A stretch of DNA of 64,000 nt from IMG/VR virus record IMGVR_UViG_3300028887_000066, positions 115,550 to 179,549 of that record, one strand, 5' to 3'. The first letter of the stretch is position 1, and every line of letters begins with the position of its first letter. Positions 61,522-64,000 of the stretch are shown in pieces. Source of the DNA: a virus. Lineage: Duplodnaviria > Heunggongvirae > Uroviricota > Caudoviricetes. The notes under the pieces are model-generated. The model worked only from the letters and a program-made list of their open reading frames with translations, was not told the origin of the DNA and made no database searches. The translations under genes were made by a program, and so were the position numbers.

Positions 61522-61976
61522 CTTGATTTGGCGGATACGCCACTATTTGCGAAGCATATTTATTTAATTTATTGTAGGTCTATTGTTGCCCGTTCTGCTT
61601 TTCGGAGTGGAACGGGTTTTTCATGTATTCATTTCTGAAGCCCGTCATTTCCAGTGCTGGATGTTTGCTGTTGATCAAAAATTGAGTTTAATATAATAAA
61701 AGTCTTGAAATGGCCAAACGAAAATGAGCAAATTTTTCTCTTTTTTTCTTTCTTTATATATTTCTTTCTTTAATTCTCTTTATATATCTAATCTATATAA
61801 TAAAAACAACTATCTGTTTAATTATAAGATATTATACATGCATGTTAGCATGAGATCTAAGGGGGGGGGTTGAAAAATATTACAAAAAAAGAAGAAAAAA
61901 AAAAAAGTGGTTTTATTTGGCCAATTCAAAATAAAGCCGTATCTTTGCAGTGTGAAACGATAAAACAATAAAAGTT

Positions 61977-62585
61977 ATGACTTACGAAGAAGCAATTAAG
62001 AAGAATCGCCCTGTGAATCCGAAAAAGGCTGCTTTCTATGACAGTCTTATGGAGTTTTACAAGAGCGTTATGAGTGAGACTGAAAAGCAGGAGGAAATTG
62101 AGGGTTCTATTGAATCTTTCCTCTGTGGCGGAAAACGTCTGCCGCTCTATGACATCAGCAATGTCAAGGTTCTCAACAAGGAAATAGTGGAAAAGTACAA
62201 GCCGACCCACCGCAGAAAAATCAGACTCTATGCCGCCCTTGTAGCCTATATGGAGGCAAAGTTCGGGGAATACATTGAGACCGAGTATGAATCAGATTTC
62301 AACTCTGACTTCGACTTCAACGAGGATATAGTTGCCGTTGTACCTTCTTTTGTCGGTGTGGCCATCATCAGTCCGAAAACCTTAAAAGAGTATAAGGAGA
62401 AGAAGAAGGAAACCGAGAAGAACATGAAGCACTATTCAATCAACGTGCATCTTGACGTGGTTGTTCCTGTGGAGGTGGATGCCGTAGATGAAGCCACCGC
62501 TATCCAAATCGCAAAGGATATTGCAGATATGCAGAACTATGACGATGTGTTCGTCCGTGATGCGTGTGTCACAGATGTGAGATAA
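61977..62585 (+). CDS. Early hypothetical with C-terminal DpnD/PcfM-like segment
   Basis: YSINV...VEVDAVDEATAIQIA. Confidence 0.65.
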   Translation: MTYEEAIKKNRPVNPKKAAFYDSLMEFYKSVMSETEKQEEIEGSIESFLCGGKRLPLYDISNVKVLNKEIVEKYKPTHRRKIRLYAALVAYMEAKFGEYIETEYESDFNSDFDFNEDIVAVVPSFVGVAIISPKTLKEYKEKKKETEKNMKHYSINVHLDVVVPVEVDAVDEATAIQIAKDIADMQNYDDVFVRDACVTDVR

Positions 62586-62852
62586 TTCATAATAATATTA
62601 TATAGTTTTTAAGAAGTTAAACAATGGGAGTTGCGTCCGTCCGTGAGGATAGGCGCAATTTTTTTTTATGTTTTCGTTTGGCCATTCCAACTTTTTTATT
62701 ATATTAAAACCAATAATAGAAAACGATCGACGGCGTACTCCTGCGTGCATTTCTCTTTAACACTTTTTAAGGAAAAAACCCCTCATTTTGTTTGGCCACC
62801 CCAAATAAAAGCCTTATCTTTGCATCGGTTTTAAGAAACAAACAAGGAAGTT

Positions 62853-63173
62853 ATGCAGACAATCAAGCAACTTGACAGACAAATGGATGAATTTTTCAAG
62901 GACAATCCAAATGTTTCCGTAACTCATCCAAACGACGGTGCTGTTGCAATTATCCAAGTTGGAGATTGCAGGAGCGTGGTACAAAGTGTGAGAATATACT
63001 CCCAAACGCATTTTAAGGGGTCATACGGCGTTTGTTTTGGCTCATGTGACCAATTACCCATCTCGATAGTTGATCGTGTTTTAGAGAAGCATTTTGAGGG
63101 TATTGACGGAGCATACGACTACATTACCGAGACAGCAGAGGAAATCAACACGTTTTTCAATTCATTAGCATAG
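62853..63173 (+). CDS. Early hypothetical protein
   Basis: Promoter plus ORF. Confidence 0.7.
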   Translation: MQTIKQLDRQMDEFFKDNPNVSVTHPNDGAVAIIQVGDCRSVVQSVRIYSQTHFKGSYGVCFGSCDQLPISIVDRVLEKHFEGIDGAYDYITETAEEINTFFNSLA

Positions 63174-63182
63174 GTTACAAAT

Positions 63183-63350
63183 ATGAGCAGAGTTTACATT
63201 GACATTACGGTAAGAGTGGTATTAGATACCGACTTGACAAATCCCAATGACATTGTTGATAATCTCAACATTGAAGTTACGCCCGATTCGGAAAACGTAG
63301 AGGTGTATGATACCGAAGTAGAGAATTTCAATATCGTGGATTCAAAATAA
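63183..63350 (+). CDS. Early hypothetical (55 aa)
   Basis: Manual ORF MSRVYIDITVRVVLD...VDSK. Confidence 0.65.
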   Translation: MSRVYIDITVRVVLDTDLTNPNDIVDNLNIEVTPDSENVEVYDTEVENFNIVDSK

Positions 63351-63368
63351 CAAAAACAAACAAGAAGT

Positions 63369-63854
63369 ATGAAACACAAGAATTTTATGGATGCCTATTA
63401 CAGGCTTAACAGAAAGGCCCTCGATGACTTGAAGAAATGTATCGAAGCGCATGGTGGTAGTTATACATTTGATGAGGATGCCGATATGCGTGCCTGCATT
63501 ACAATCATTGACGAAGATTATGAAGGCAGCGGCTATGTTACGAAAGCCGAAGTTTCTAAAGACGGTGTAGTATTTGTTACGGTCGTGGATATAGAGACAG
63601 GGCATAATGAATATGAGCGTCTTGGTGGCGACCTCTCCATATCTGAAATGGATAGAATTTGCAACTGCCTCCCCGAACCTAAAGGTACTCAACCGAGTAC
63701 GATAAAAGTAAGCGGTATTGTTTGGGAAACTGACGGTGAAGATGTGGACTTGCCTGATGAAATGGAAATACCCTCTGACATTGAAGAGGATGAAATAGAG
63801 AATTATCTTTCAAATGAGACAGGTTTTCTCGTGCTTTCCTATTGCATAGATTAA
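63369..63854 (+). CDS. Early acidic hypothetical protein
   Basis: C-terminal IVWETDGE..DLP...YLSNETGF. Confidence 0.7.
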   Translation: MKHKNFMDAYYRLNRKALDDLKKCIEAHGGSYTFDEDADMRACITIIDEDYEGSGYVTKAEVSKDGVVFVTVVDIETGHNEYERLGGDLSISEMDRICNCLPEPKGTQPSTIKVSGIVWETDGEDVDLPDEMEIPSDIEEDEIENYLSNETGFLVLSYCID

Positions 63855-63977
63855 AAATTAAATGAGATAAGACGTTAAAAAGTGTTAAAGGATTTGGCCA
63901 CATCAAAAAATAGTCCTATCTTTGCATCGTAAAACAGTTAAAGACAAGTATTAACAAGCAAAAAACATTCAAGAGTT

Positions 63978-64000
63978 ATGAGTACAAGAAGTAGTATCAT
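63978..64000 (+). CDS. Start of early ORF (MSTRSSI...), truncated by window
   Basis: Promoter at ~63917 and ATG at 63978. Confidence 0.55.

Larger units (their letters stand above)
39521..62716. repeat. Dispersed family of 36 promoter-like units YTTGG-N18-TATATTAAAnnCAAT, each followed by a GC-rich cassette
   Basis: Core on + at 39785, 39943, 40800, 43103, 43884, 44211, 44548, 44715, 45662, 46921, 47871, 48607, 49381, 52667, 53895, 58087, 59327, 62700. Core on - (TTTAATATA) at 39524, 39689, 40694, 41952, 42982, 43802, 44450, 45513, 46802, 47776, 48513, 49233, 50309, 51589, 56961, 57794, 58014, 61687. Confidence 0.9.
40057..63926 (+). promoter_or_regulatory. More than 25 Bacteroidetes sigma-A early promoters (TTTG-N19/20-TAnnTTTGC)
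   Basis: -7 boxes near 40081, 40937, 41351, 42047, 43239, 44830, 45881, 47047, 48007, 50391, 52784, 57056, 59454, 60438, 62815 and 63917, among others; mostly 30-60 nt upstream of an ORF. Confidence 0.9.

Noticed and set aside
39521-62716. CRISPR array interpretation of the repeated motif
   Set aside because: Copies are dispersed, degenerate, in both orientations and irregularly spaced; there are no cas genes in the window.
1-64000. TAG-recoded genetic code as in Lak or some crAss-like phages
   Set aside because: Long genes are intact in code 11, TAG ends several ORFs at natural boundaries, and there is no suppressor tRNA.

Overview
This window is part of a large (jumbo-type), AT-rich tailed phage genome in the standard genetic code. 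The host is almost certainly a Bacteroidota species: there are dozens of TTTG-N19/20-TAnnTTTG promoters, A-rich starts without Shine-Dalgarno sequences, a Bacteroidetes-like tmRNA tag and type V pilus genes. (1) 1-25.7 kb, mostly minus strand, is a T4-like head and late module: major capsid protein, scaffold, prohead protease with a mini-intein, large terminase, IF-1, glycosyltransferase plus TupA ATP-grasp, nucleotidyltransferase, ClpC, ClpX, UvrD helicase, and many candidate head-internal proteins sharing an (I/L)TE-x-(Q/K) motif. It also has a likely -1 programmed frameshift. (2) 26.4-31.4 kb holds 17 tRNAs, a tmRNA, a tRNA-like RNA with a ~150-nt insertion and several structured spacer RNAs. 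(3) 31.5-39.2 kb has small ORFs and a fimbrillin/DUF3575/DUF5119 locus. (4) After a G-tract-rich boundary at ~39.3 kb comes a plus-strand early region of short ORFs, most behind their own host promoter. It includes a sigma-70-like factor with an altered -10 recognition region, SprT, GP88-like, an endonuclease and a likely DGR target. The most striking unexplained structure is in this early region: 36 intergenic copies (18 per strand, 11 divergent pairs) of a promoter-like motif YTTGG-N18-TATATTAAAnnCAAT. Each copy is followed not by an ORF but by a ~40-50-nt GC-rich cassette built from recurring, strand-biased words. This is a candidate phage small-RNA or decoy array, possibly read by the phage's own sigma factor. 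All calls come from reading the sequence; no database searches or computations were run.
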